From: Candidatus Tantalella remota
GTDB taxonomy: Bacteria; Omnitrophota; Gorgyraeia; Tantalellales; Tantalellaceae
Direction: 5' to 3'
DNA: 63,029 nt
NCBI GenBank assembly: GCA_030765685.1
Contig: JAVCCB010000085.1
Location: 1 to 63,029 of the forward strand
Shown: one piece after another, positions 47,385 through 57,744 of the stretch
Layout of the letters: each line of letters opens with the position of its first letter
Numbering within the stretch: position 1 is the stretch's first letter
Position numbers and translations under genes: made by a program
Notes under the pieces: model-generated
Seen by the model: the letters and a program-made list of their open reading frames with translations, nothing else
Databases searched by the model: none
Told to the model about the DNA's origin: nothing

Positions 47385-48530
47385 TTGGATATGGACCTCG
47401 ACTATACAAACAATATACTTATCACCTGCGCACGCGGGATCTCCCCCTTTCTGAAGGATGAGGTCAGCTCTCTCGGCTTTACCGTGGATTCCTCGCACGA
47501 TACCGGTGTCGTTATCAGGTCCGCCTTCCGGGACACATACCGGCTCAACCTTGAATTAAGAACGGCTTTTAACGTCCTTTTCCTGCTGAAAGAGTTCCGC
47601 TGCGTTTCAGCAAAAGATCTGTACAATAAAGGTTACCAGCTGCCGTGGGAAGACATCATCTCCGAAGATGAATATGTTTCTGTCGTTTCGCAGGTATCCA
47701 ACCCTAAAATAAAAAACACCATGTTCTCTAATCAGAAGCTTAAGGACGCGATCGTCGATCGTATACTAAAAAAGACGGGGCGACGTCCGAACTCAGGGCC
47801 GGACAGGCGGAACGTAGTCATAAACCTGTACTGGAAAGATAGCAAGGCCTGGGTATACATCAACACTTCGGGAACCAAGCTGTCCGACAGAGGCTACCGT
47901 AAAATACCCCTTAACGCACCCATGCAGGAAACACTGGCCAGCGCGGTCCTTCTAGCGTCCGGATACAATGGAACCGGGAACCTCGTCAACCCGATGTGCG
48001 GCAGCGGGACCATCGCCATAGAAGCTGCGATTATGGCATTAAAGAAAGCCCCGGGTCTTCTACATTCAAACTACGGTTTCATGCATCTGAAAAACTATGA
48101 TAAAGAGTACTGGCAAGGCCTTAGAAAAGACGCCCTCGCGAGATCCGGCAAAAAACTTCCGGCGCTTATAATCGCGACGGATATACGCAAAGAAGCCGTG
48201 GACGCGGCGGTCAAAAACGCGAAGACCTGCGGCGTGGATCACCTCATAGATTTCAAAGTATGCGATTTCAGGGAGACGGATATGCCCTCGGGCGGCGGAG
48301 AGATAATACTGAACCCGGAATACGGCACGCGTATGGGGGACGAGAAAAAGCTTGCCGATACCTATAAGGAGATCGGAGATTTTTTCAAACAGAAATGCGG
48401 CGGCTATTCCGGATATATCTTCACCGGAAACCTTTCTCTCGCCAAAAAAGTCGGTCTCCGCGCAAGCAAACGTATACCTTTTCATACGGGTGATATCGAA
48501 TGTCGTTTGCTCGAATACGACATATATTGA
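47385..48530 (+). CDS. THUMP-domain RNA methyltransferase (RlmL/RlmK-like)
   Basis: LSDRGYR, APMQETLA, NPMCGSGTIAIEAA, NPEYG. Confidence 0.9.
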   Translation: MDMDLDYTNNILITCARGISPFLKDEVSSLGFTVDSSHDTGVVIRSAFRDTYRLNLELRTAFNVLFLLKEFRCVSAKDLYNKGYQLPWEDIISEDEYVSVVSQVSNPKIKNTMFSNQKLKDAIVDRILKKTGRRPNSGPDRRNVVINLYWKDSKAWVYINTSGTKLSDRGYRKIPLNAPMQETLASAVLLASGYNGTGNLVNPMCGSGTIAIEAAIMALKKAPGLLHSNYGFMHLKNYDKEYWQGLRKDALARSGKKLPALIIATDIRKEAVDAAVKNAKTCGVDHLIDFKVCDFRETDMPSGGGEIILNPEYGTRMGDEKKLADTYKEIGDFFKQKCGGYSGYIFTGNLSLAKKVGLRASKRIPFHTGDIECRLLEYDIY

Positions 48531-48641
48531 TCTTTAAAAAAAAATCGCGCTTCTCCTGACGTCCCTTTATTTTCTTGTCATTTTTACACTTTTTGGGATA
48601 TATTAATCTTACAGTACGCCAGCCGTATCCGGGAATAAAAT

Positions 48642-49859
48642 ATGAATGCATTCTTAATAGTCGGGATTATCCTTTTTTCTGGTTTTGTCTTCGGGCAAGT
48701 GTTTCAGCGTCTCGGGCTGCCAAAGATCGTCGGATACCTGTTAGCGGGGGTGGTCCTTAATCCCCAGATATGCACTTTTATACCCTCAAATATCACAACC
48801 GAGACCGACATAATAGAGAACATCGCTATCGCGTTCATAGCTTTCGCGATAGGCGGCACTATAGTGTTCCCCAAAATAAAAGAACAGGGAAAGGGCATCT
48901 TTTTCATCACGATATTTGAAGCTGAGATTACTTTTCTGTTGATCACAGCCGGATTTGTCATGCTCCTGCCTCTAGTCACGAATTTCCCGCAAACCGGCTG
49001 GTTCACGATCTTTATTCCATTCAGTCTTCTTCTGGGATGCCTCGGATCTCCGACAGACCCTTCTGTAGCGTTAGCGGTAACCCATGAATATAAGGCCAAA
49101 GGCGAGGTCTCCTCGACCATGTTAAGCGTCGCCGGATTTGACGACGTGCTTGGGATCATAAACTACAGTGTCGCTATCGTCATAGCTCAGGCCATCATAA
49201 CAAAGGAAGCTTTCAGCGTATCCACCGTGGTCCTTACCCCTGTGCTCATATTGCTGGGTTCCGTTGTTCTAGGATGCTCTCTTGGCTTTATTTTTAACTT
49301 CATCACAAGAAAAATATCCAAAGAAAGCGAGGGAATGTTTTTTGTTCTTATCCTCAGCTTCCTCACTATGTGCTGGGGGCTTGCCAGCCTGCTCCACGCG
49401 GAAGAGATCCTTTCCATAATGATAATGGGAATAGTCGTGGCCAATTACAATCCACAACCAAAAAAAGTCTTCTCCATGCTGGAAAGATATTCGGAAGAAC
49501 TTATTTTCCTGATATTTTTTGTGTTAAGCGGGTTACATCTGGATTTCGGTATGCCCCCCATCGTCTTCGTCCTGATCCTGTGTTTTGTGGTCTTCAGGAT
49601 CATCGGAAAATATACCGGCACGGCACTCGGCGCGAAAATCGCGGGCTCTTCTCCCAAGATCAAAAAATATACGGCAAGCGGCCTGATCCCGTTCGGAGGC
49701 ATAGTCATCGGCCTCGCCCTGATATTGAACCAAAATCCCATTTTCAAGGATATCTCCAATTACCTTATAAGCATCATCGTCGGCGGAACCATAATAAACG
49801 AATTTCTCGGTCCCATCTTTGTGAAAAAAGCCCTTAAAAACTCCGGCGAAATATCCTGA
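48642..49859 (+). CDS. Cation:proton antiporter (CPA2-like)
   Basis: Multi-TM; SPTDP, FDD, GGIVIGLA. Confidence 0.9.
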   Translation: MNAFLIVGIILFSGFVFGQVFQRLGLPKIVGYLLAGVVLNPQICTFIPSNITTETDIIENIAIAFIAFAIGGTIVFPKIKEQGKGIFFITIFEAEITFLLITAGFVMLLPLVTNFPQTGWFTIFIPFSLLLGCLGSPTDPSVALAVTHEYKAKGEVSSTMLSVAGFDDVLGIINYSVAIVIAQAIITKEAFSVSTVVLTPVLILLGSVVLGCSLGFIFNFITRKISKESEGMFFVLILSFLTMCWGLASLLHAEEILSIMIMGIVVANYNPQPKKVFSMLERYSEELIFLIFFVLSGLHLDFGMPPIVFVLILCFVVFRIIGKYTGTALGAKIAGSSPKIKKYTASGLIPFGGIVIGLALILNQNPIFKDISNYLISIIVGGTIINEFLGPIFVKKALKNSGEIS

Positions 49860-49973
49860 TCTCTTTTCCCCCGGCGGCTCGCTAAACACTCATCTTTTCT
49901 TCCACATTTAAAACCAGAAAAAAGTTCCGTATGAAGTCACAGAAAAAATACGGAGCAGGCGGGGTTTGGGGAC

Positions 49974-50007
49974 AAAAAAAAGGCCTGGCAATTTCTTGCC
50001 AGGCCTT
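49974..50007 (-). terminator. Terminator downstream of csp (probably bidirectional)
   Basis: AAGGCCTGGCAA-TTTC-TTGCCAGGCCTT with an A8 tract. Confidence 0.85.
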
Positions 50008-50024
50008 ATCTTTTATTCAGCACA

Positions 50025-50228
50025 TTACAGCTTTACTACGTTTGTCGCCTGCGGGCCTTTTGCGCCTTCTTCGACGTCAAACTGAACCTTCTGACCTTCG
50101 CCCAGAGACTTGAAACCTTCGCCCTGGATCGCGTTGTGGTGAACGAAACAATCTTTGCTTCCGTCATCCGGTGTAATAAAACCATAACCCTTTGAGTCGT
50201 TAAACCATTTTACTGTTCCTGTTGCCAT
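50025..50228 (-). CDS. Cold-shock protein
   Basis: [15 protein letters not shown]...FVHH. Confidence 0.97.
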   Translation of the reverse strand: MATGTVKWFNDSKGYGFITPDDGSKDCFVHHNAIQGEGFKSLGEGQKVQFDVEEGAKGPQATNVVKL

Positions 50229-50445
50229 TGCTTCTACCTCCTGTTAAAAATAACATTACCGCAAATAAGGCCTAATGCAAAAAACCACAAGGCGATTTTG
50301 TTCCTAACCCTGTGGTTTAAAACTATCACTCCTCATTTGCTACCTCTACAACGAACATTATACCGCGATACCGCCAGAGGTCAACATAAATAGTGTTTTT
50401 TCTTATACCCCTGTTTTTTTTTGCAAACCTGCGCAAAATGGGCGT

Positions 50446-52272
50446 TTATTTCTTCTTTTTTGTCAATTTTCGCGCGTTCTCGGTCAAGAGTGTCTTTCTG
50501 AGGCGGATATTCTGCGGAGTTATCTCGACCAGCTCATCTTCCTCAATAAACTCAAGCGCGAATTCAAGCGTCTTTTCCCTTGGGGGGATAAGCTGAATGG
50601 CGTCGTCGGACCCCGACGAACGCATATTGGTCAGTTTTTTACCCTTTAGAGCGTTAACTACCAGGTCTACTCCCTTATTGTTCACTCCCAGGATCATCCC
50701 TTCATAAAGATCGTCTCCGGGTGAGATAAATATCTCTCCCCTCGGCTGAAGATTAAAAAGAGCGAAAGCGACAGCCTCTCCGGCCGACTGTGAAATAAGC
50801 ACCCCTCTCTGTCTTTCGGGCATATCCCCTTTATACGTCTGGTATTCCAGAAAATTCTGGTACATGATGCCGCTGCCGCGGGTCATAAGCAGAAAATCGC
50901 TCCTGAACCCGATAAGCGCTCTGGAAGCTATGGTAAAATCCATCTTTATCGCGCCGGAAGAAGTCGTCTCTATGGTCCGCATCTCCGCTTTACGCTCACC
51001 GATCGCCTGCATAACGGAGCCCTGGTATTCGGTCTCCACTTCTATCACCACTTCCTCGACGGGCTCAAGGACCTGGTCTCCGGCTTTTTTCAAGATCACC
51101 TGCGGGCGGGACACCTCCATCTCATATCCTTCCCGGCGCATCGTCTCTATCAGTATGGACAGATGCAACTCGCCGCGGCCTGACACTTTGAACCGCTCGC
51201 CGCTGTCGACCTCTTCGATTTTTATGCCGACGTTTATCCTCGCCTCATGTCCCAGCCTTTCCCTAATATGTCTTGACGTTAAAAACCTGCCTCCGTCTTT
51301 TCCCGCGAGCGGGCTGGTATTGTGCGAAAAATTCATCGAGATGGTCGGCTCATCTATCTTTACGGTAGGAAGCCCTTTCGGATCGTCTATACAAGCCAGG
51401 GTCTCGCCCACCTGGACGTTTTCCATTCCTGATATAGAAATGATATCTCCAGCGATCGCTTTGTCGGTTTCCACGCGTTTCAGACCCTTGTACGTCATTA
51501 TCTTTGTTGCTTTGGCCCTGCCGATCGTACCATCATGTTTTACGACCGCCATCGGGTCGCCGACACTGATCTCTCCATGAAAGATACGTCCGATAGCTAT
51601 AAGACCTACATATGAATCGTAATCGAGCATAGTCACAAGCATCTGAAAAGGCATATCCGGGTCAGCGACAGGCGGCAGTACCCTGTGCAAAATGGTCTCC
51701 AAGAGAGGTTTTACCGACTCCCCCGGCTCATCAAGATCCAGCGTCGCGTGCCCGTCCTTGCCTGAAGCGTACACTATAGGAAAATCGAGCTGTTCATCGG
51801 TAGCGTTCAATTCGCAGAAAAGATCAAAAGTCATATCGGCGACCTCATCGGGACGAATGTGCGGCCGATCCAGCTTATTGACAACGAGTATCGGCTTCAG
51901 ATGCAGCTCCAGAGATTTTTTCAAAACAAATTTCGTCTGGGGCATCGGCCCTTCAAAAGCGTCTACCAGAAGAAGCACTCCGTCCACCATTTGAAGTATA
52001 CGCTCAACCTCACTGCCAAAATCGGCGTGGCCCGGGGTATCGACCAGGTTAAACTGCACCCCTTTATATTCAAGTGAAGCGTTTTTGGAAAGGATAGTTA
52101 TTCCCCTTTCCTTCTCGAGCGGGTTTGAATCCATGATAGTGGTTTCCCCGTCCTTAAAATCATACGCTCCGGTATATTTCAGCAGCGCGTCAACAAGTGT
52201 GGTCTTACCGTGATCGACATGCGCGATGATCGCGATATTCCTTATATTTTTTCTTCTCTTTTGGTTCGGCAT
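50446..52272 (-). CDS. typA: Translational GTPase TypA/BipA
   Basis: IAHVDHGKTT, DTPGHADFGSEVER, SGRGELHL, IRLRK. Confidence 0.97.
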   Translation of the reverse strand: MPNQKRRKNIRNIAIIAHVDHGKTTLVDALLKYTGAYDFKDGETTIMDSNPLEKERGITILSKNASLEYKGVQFNLVDTPGHADFGSEVERILQMVDGVLLLVDAFEGPMPQTKFVLKKSLELHLKPILVVNKLDRPHIRPDEVADMTFDLFCELNATDEQLDFPIVYASGKDGHATLDLDEPGESVKPLLETILHRVLPPVADPDMPFQMLVTMLDYDSYVGLIAIGRIFHGEISVGDPMAVVKHDGTIGRAKATKIMTYKGLKRVETDKAIAGDIISISGMENVQVGETLACIDDPKGLPTVKIDEPTISMNFSHNTSPLAGKDGGRFLTSRHIRERLGHEARINVGIKIEEVDSGERFKVSGRGELHLSILIETMRREGYEMEVSRPQVILKKAGDQVLEPVEEVVIEVETEYQGSVMQAIGERKAEMRTIETTSSGAIKMDFTIASRALIGFRSDFLLMTRGSGIMYQNFLEYQTYKGDMPERQRGVLISQSAGEAVAFALFNLQPRGEIFISPGDDLYEGMILGVNNKGVDLVVNALKGKKLTNMRSSGSDDAIQLIPPREKTLEFALEFIEEDELVEITPQNIRLRKTLLTENARKLTKKKK

Positions 52273-52326
52273 AATAACACTATTTCCCTTTCGACCCTTT
52301 TGCTTTATGGGCCGGCTTAAACAAAT

Positions 52327-52430
52327 AAAAAACCACGAGGTTAACAACTCGCCTCCTCGTGGCTGTATTCCCCGAGCAAACGGGGATCAAGTAGAGAGAT
52401 AACTATACTACGGGAAGCGCTTTATGTAAA
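52327..52430 (-). promoter_or_regulatory. typA promoter and structured leader with terminator
   Basis: TTTACA-17-TATAGT, then hairpin TCCCCG/CGGGGA and CCACGAGG/CCTCGTGG + T6. Confidence 0.55.
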
Positions 52431-52489
52431 GCGCCTGTATGTTCTTACTCTATGTCTTTTCTATTATTGCCCTTTCGAAACTCCTTTTG

Positions 52490-53632
52490 TTATTTTAATA
52501 CCGGCGCACGGAAAAACATCGAATGGGAGTATTCGCTGACGAACGCGGAAAATTTGGATTCCTTCTGTTCGTAAATTTTCTCAAAATCGCGTTCAGGATA
52601 GTACCCCTGGCATGACGTGACAGTCTTCATGTATTTGGAGAATTCCTTATCAGCGCCCTCCAGTTTAGCCAGCATGGCCCTGGAAAGATATTCAAGGGTC
52701 TGAAAAGTATTAGTGACAACAAATATATTCTCGCGCTTATAATACTCCGACAGAAGATGCTCCAGTATATGCTGACTGGTTATCACGTTAACATTTTTAT
52801 TGAACCTCTTTCTATGCATGACCTGGTACCCTATCGGCAAGTAAAACGTCTCCATGGTCTTTTTGTAGTCTATAGAACAGAGCAGGATATCAAACTCTTC
52901 CTTGAACCTCTCGACATCCTCGGAAAGCTTGGCGTAGTGCGGTATCTGGAAATGCCCGCTCATCCTGTCCCCGGAGAAATTCTCGATGATGTTCATATAA
53001 AGCTTATGCTTATTCTGGTTGAACCAGGTGCCTGACGCCATAAAGAAAATATCCTTTTTAAATGTCCAGTATATGTCGAGTGCGCCAAAAACATACCCCA
53101 TCACCTCGGCAATGTGGTGACAAAGGTAGTTCGCGTTCATTATGTTGTAAACTATCTGGTGGTTAAAAGAATACGCGGCCTTTTGGGAAATAAACAGCTT
53201 TTCGGCGTAGGGCATGAACTTCTTCCTGTCGCATAGCGGGCCCTTACTGCCCGAATAATCCTTACCCAGATAAAATTCATCGATGGAAATACAAGCGTCT
53301 TTCAAACTGTGCTGCAGGTGGCGGTGCGTCCCATGGGCCGTTACCGTTATCATTACCGGAGTACACAGTTTTTTTATGCCTTTTGAAAATATCCCGGCTC
53401 CAAAAGAATTTACCTGAAAAGCCAGTATCTGAAAAGTATGACTATCCACTTTGTGGACGTATGCCGCGCCGTCACGGCAGTATATCTTGCCGCTGGAACT
53501 GAGCTTCTTGTTCGACATTATCTTTTTAATAAAACCATCGAAGTCTGCTTTGTTTATTTTTTTCTTCTTCCTGAGAGGGCCGATCTGCTTTCTAACCTCC
53601 CGCTGAAAATTATTGTATTTTTTCGTCAACAT
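52490..53632 (-). CDS. Hypothetical protein
   Basis: 380-aa ORF with AGGAG RBS, no recognisable motifs. Confidence 0.75.
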   Translation of the reverse strand: MLTKKYNNFQREVRKQIGPLRKKKKINKADFDGFIKKIMSNKKLSSSGKIYCRDGAAYVHKVDSHTFQILAFQVNSFGAGIFSKGIKKLCTPVMITVTAHGTHRHLQHSLKDACISIDEFYLGKDYSGSKGPLCDRKKFMPYAEKLFISQKAAYSFNHQIVYNIMNANYLCHHIAEVMGYVFGALDIYWTFKKDIFFMASGTWFNQNKHKLYMNIIENFSGDRMSGHFQIPHYAKLSEDVERFKEEFDILLCSIDYKKTMETFYLPIGYQVMHRKRFNKNVNVITSQHILEHLLSEYYKRENIFVVTNTFQTLEYLSRAMLAKLEGADKEFSKYMKTVTSCQGYYPERDFEKIYEQKESKFSAFVSEYSHSMFFRAPVLK

Positions 53633-53785
53633 AGCTCCTCCTTTAATGTTCTAATGCTCTTCTAAAATAGATTCTATATAAACGCTGTCTCCATTGCAAG
53701 GAAGTTCTATTATCCGACGGCATTTCTCCGTTTTTTTCCGCCCCTGGTATCCGTGTTCCTTTTTTTCATGTATACTATAGTACAC

Positions 53786-55210
53786 ATGACTACACGCACA
53801 TCTATTCACAGAGAGATGACACGCCTTATGGACGAGGCTCCGCTGACGCCCGTCCATTGGAAGATCTGGTGGCTGTCCGCGATGGGAATATTCCTGGATG
53901 GTTTCGACCTTTTTATTATAGGGGTTGCTCTGCCTCTTATAATGAAGACATTTCCCACCTCCCCCTATATTGTAGGCTTAATAGGCGCGGCGGCGGTACT
54001 GGGCGCGGTAGTCGGGGCTTCAGTCGGCGGAACACTAAGCGACCGGTGGGGCCGAAAAGCGTTGTATATACTCGACCTGGGGGTATTTATTGTACTTTCT
54101 GTATTCTCCGCGTTTTCATGGAACGTTGTCTCTCTCATAGCGTTCAGGTTTCTCCTGGGAATAGGTATCGGAGCTGATTATCCTATATGCGCTTCTTACA
54201 TCTCGGCATTTATGCCTACACGCAGCCGCGGACGGATGCTTATAGGAGCTTTCAGTTTCCAGGCGCTGGGAATGGCCGCCGGTGCGGCTGTGGGACTTGT
54301 GATCCTGAAGATCTTCCCCCACTTCGGAGCCTGGCGTTTTATGCTGGCATTCGGCGCCCTTCCGGCGATCGTCGTCATCCTGCTAAGGATGTCCGTACCC
54401 GAAAGCGCGCGGTGGTATCTCCTGCACGGTAAACATACCGAAGCCGCCGAAGTCATCAAAAAACTGGTTCCTTCAAGCGAAGGCGAAATACACGAACTGG
54501 CCGCAAAAGCCCATAGACTTCCGGAAGATGAGATCCTTGAAAAACCCGGCCACAGTATCCTGTTCAGTAAAAAATACATAAAACGGACGATACTCGCCGT
54601 TGTCCCGTGGTTTCTGATGGATATCATCACTTATGCCGTGGGCATTTTCACGCCGATAATACTGGCGACGATGGCTTTTTCCGGCAGCGGACTCAGCACG
54701 ATAGCCGGCGACTTTAAGGCCACCGAAGGAGCGATGTTCCTCGACCTTTTTCTTGTTGTGGGGTTTTTGATCAACATCATGCTTATCGATAAGTGGGGCC
54801 GCATTAAACTGCAGCTATTCGGTTTCGGGGGGATGTCCCTGGGACTGCTGATCCTGGCCGCGTCCACCGTCGCGAACATAGGCAATACCGGCAATCTTAT
54901 CCTGGTCTTTGCCGGGTTCATCATATTCAACGTCCTCATGAACATGGGGCCGAATGCCACGACTTCCATTTTACCCGCCGAGCTTTATCCGACGAATATG
55001 CGGGGTTCCGGACACGGGTTCGCCGCGGCGGTAGCGAAATTAGGAGCAGCTGTGGGAATATTCATGCTGCCGGTAGTCAAAGCGTCGGTAGGCATGACTT
55101 TCACGCTTATCATGCTGGCGATGTTGTCCGTCCTCGCCTTCATGGTAACGCTTGTCTTCAGAGTAGAAACTAAGAACAGGTCACTGGAAGAACTCAGTAT
55201 GATGCTTTAG
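53786..55210 (+). CDS. MFS transporter (sugar/aromatic acid porter-like)
   Basis: LDGFDLF, LSDRWGRK, GIGADYP, GPNATT...ELYPT, ETKNRSLEE. Confidence 0.92.
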   Translation: MTTRTSIHREMTRLMDEAPLTPVHWKIWWLSAMGIFLDGFDLFIIGVALPLIMKTFPTSPYIVGLIGAAAVLGAVVGASVGGTLSDRWGRKALYILDLGVFIVLSVFSAFSWNVVSLIAFRFLLGIGIGADYPICASYISAFMPTRSRGRMLIGAFSFQALGMAAGAAVGLVILKIFPHFGAWRFMLAFGALPAIVVILLRMSVPESARWYLLHGKHTEAAEVIKKLVPSSEGEIHELAAKAHRLPEDEILEKPGHSILFSKKYIKRTILAVVPWFLMDIITYAVGIFTPIILATMAFSGSGLSTIAGDFKATEGAMFLDLFLVVGFLINIMLIDKWGRIKLQLFGFGGMSLGLLILAASTVANIGNTGNLILVFAGFIIFNVLMNMGPNATTSILPAELYPTNMRGSGHGFAAAVAKLGAAVGIFMLPVVKASVGMTFTLIMLAMLSVLAFMVTLVFRVETKNRSLEELSMML

Positions 55211-55227
55211 GGCTGACACTTTTCCCT

Positions 55228-55755
55228 TTATGCCTCGTGCAGAGACGCTGACAGCATGATAAGTGACATCCCGCCGAATATCATATTGATACCCACGAGA
55301 AGTCCTATCACCCATGACGACGTGCTCGGCCAGCCGGCCCAGATGATAGCGGCTATCACGATACCCGCCAGACCACTGACAAGAAGCCACACCCAGTTAC
55401 TTTCCGGGCGATGCTGCAGTGAGATGACTATTTTCATCAACCCTTCGAAAATAAAAAGGAACGCCAGTATAAGAGTGAGGGTCATGACTCCTTGTAGCGG
55501 GAAAAATAAAAATACGGCGCCGACCGCGAGATAGATCAGTCCACCTATAAGCCTGATTATGCATCTGCCGGCATCCAGAGCTTTGAATGAATGCGCGACC
55601 TGTATAATACCGCTTATAACAAGCACCCACCCCACCAGGACTTCAAGCGCGATGGTAAAAATAAACGGTACGGAAATAGCCGCCATGCCTACAATTATAA
55701 GCAGGATCCCTGCCGCTAAGAACCATCCTTTAGATACTTTTATCTGATTTTCCAT
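55228..55755 (-). CDS. HdeD family membrane protein
   Basis: Six TM helices; WPSTSSWVIGLLVGINMIFGG. Confidence 0.88.
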   Translation of the reverse strand: MENQIKVSKGWFLAAGILLIIVGMAAISVPFIFTIALEVLVGWVLVISGIIQVAHSFKALDAGRCIIRLIGGLIYLAVGAVFLFFPLQGVMTLTLILAFLFIFEGLMKIVISLQHRPESNWVWLLVSGLAGIVIAAIIWAGWPSTSSWVIGLLVGINMIFGGMSLIMLSASLHEA

Positions 55756-55886
55756 TATGATCTCCTTTTTGTTTTGGATCTTCATGTCGTGAATAGTACT
55801 ACTTCATATTATATTACGTCCCGCCAATAAAACAACAGGCAAAACCTCAGTTTTTTCTGAGAACGATAAATTACTTCCCTCCAGAA

Positions 55887-57059
55887 TTAACTTACCACTA
55901 TCCCGAAAAGAATACCGCTGACTGTCGCCATAACAACTACCAGGCTGACATATACTACGGTTTTTTTTGTTCCCATGACCCCCCTGATAACCAGCATATT
56001 CGGCAAACTAAGCGCCGGACCTGCCAGGAGCAACGCCAATGCCGGACCTTTCCCCATTCCGGAACCTATAAGTCCCTGCAATATCGGTACTTCCGTCAAG
56101 GTGGCAAAATACATAAAAGCGCCCACTATTGAAGCAAAAAAATTAGATAACAAAGAATTACCGCCTACAGCTTTCGCTATTATCCATGGCGGTATTAACC
56201 CTGCTTCCCCCGGTCTGCCCAGGAGTACGCCGGCAACGATAACCCCGACAAAAAGCAAAGGAAGGATCTGGTCGGCGAACCCTATCGAAACAGATACCCA
56301 GCTCTTCAATTCATCTTTCTTGAACCACTTGAGGAGCATCACACTCAGGCTAAGCAGCAAGAATCCGGATAGATACCATTTCATGCTGTAAATAACGCTC
56401 CAGACGTTTGTTTCCCCGATCTGCGGCTTGACCCAGTTCGCGAAAACAAGAAAGGCTACCATCGCGGCAAAATACAGACCATTCTGAAGTAAAGACCTGT
56501 TTTCCCTGACCTCCTCGACAAATAGATCATCCGTAGTTTCTTTATTTTGTTCTTCTTTCCTGAAAATAAGCTGCATCAAGAGCCCTATGACTATACTAAA
56601 AAGGATAGCGCCAAAGGCTCTCGCGGCTCCCAGCTCCCATCCGAGAACGCGGGCTGTCAGGATTATAGCTAAAACATTTATCGCGGGGCCCGAATAAAGA
56701 AACGCCGTAGCGGGGCCGAGCCCCGCCCCCCTTTTGTATATCCCCGAAAATAGAGGCAAGACCGTGCATGAGCATACAGCAAGTATCGTTCCCGAAACAG
56801 AAGCGACGCTATACGCTAAAAATTTATTCGCCTTAGCTCCAAAATATTTAATAACAGATGCCTGACTTATGAAAACAGATATCGCTCCCGCTATAAAAAA
56901 CGCCGGAACGAGACATAAAAGAACATGCTCCCGCGCGTACCATTTAACCAGCGCCAAAGATTCAAACAAAGGTCCCGTTAATTTTATGTGCTCTAACGGC
57001 AGAAAATAGCACACAAGAAAACCAACTATTATTAAAAATGACTTTAACTGTCTTTTCAC
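55887..57059 (-). CDS. ArsP/DUF318 permease
   Basis: REHVLLCLVPAFF, AVCSCTVLPLF, YFATLTEVPI, GPALSLP. Confidence 0.9.
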   Translation of the reverse strand: MKRQLKSFLIIVGFLVCYFLPLEHIKLTGPLFESLALVKWYAREHVLLCLVPAFFIAGAISVFISQASVIKYFGAKANKFLAYSVASVSGTILAVCSCTVLPLFSGIYKRGAGLGPATAFLYSGPAINVLAIILTARVLGWELGAARAFGAILFSIVIGLLMQLIFRKEEQNKETTDDLFVEEVRENRSLLQNGLYFAAMVAFLVFANWVKPQIGETNVWSVIYSMKWYLSGFLLLSLSVMLLKWFKKDELKSWVSVSIGFADQILPLLFVGVIVAGVLLGRPGEAGLIPPWIIAKAVGGNSLLSNFFASIVGAFMYFATLTEVPILQGLIGSGMGKGPALALLLAGPALSLPNMLVIRGVMGTKKTVVYVSLVVVMATVSGILFGIVVS

Positions 57060-57144
57060 AGACGATCACTCCCCAACTTTCGATGAGATCTATTGCTGTA
57101 TATTTATAGCTCTTGAAAAAGTCCGGTGGCGGGATCCTTTCCGC

Positions 57145-57652
57145 TTATAACTGTACTCTTGTAGTACGCACAAAAAGCGCGAGGACTTTATCCCAGAACT
57201 GGCCGCCCAAAACGAGAAAACTCAAAATGAACATCACATCCCCCGCCCCGGCGACGGCGATCCGATGCTCCCCGGTATAAGGTATCAGGTTTTCGATATT
57301 AGGTCCTACCCAGCCCCTAACAAGCGGTACCGTGAACAGAAACAATACCTATAAAATAACGTATAGGTCCAACGACTTCAGGCGGGGCATATCTCTTAAC
57401 CCACTTAAAAACCACGCCCTTTATCTGTTCATATCCCTGTTTACCGAGAACCGCTACCGCCCACACTATACCCAGCTGTGGGGTAACAAAGAAAAATATG
57501 CCTGATAACGTCGCCTTTATAGTGGGTGAAAGGCCGGGGGAAGTAACAAATGGTATGAGAAGCGTCGTAAGCTGCCCGACAACAAAAATAACTATACCGA
57601 GGATATACCGTCCCCTGTCTACCGGCTGCTACTGAACCTGCTCGTTGTTCAT
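57145..57652 (-). pseudogene. Decayed transporter-suffix-domain membrane protein
   Basis: MNNEQVQ* then YILGIVIFVVG..., frameshift to LSGIFF...LGKQGYEQIK...KRYAPP..IRY, frameshift to ...GDVMFILSFLVLGGQFWDKVLALF. Confidence 0.75.
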
Positions 57653-57744
57653 CTGGGCTCCTTCTTTTCGATATCTTTATGAAATGATCAATACGACTAT
57701 TATACCACTTCAAGATGCAACTGCAAAAAAAATGGCACTAAGCT

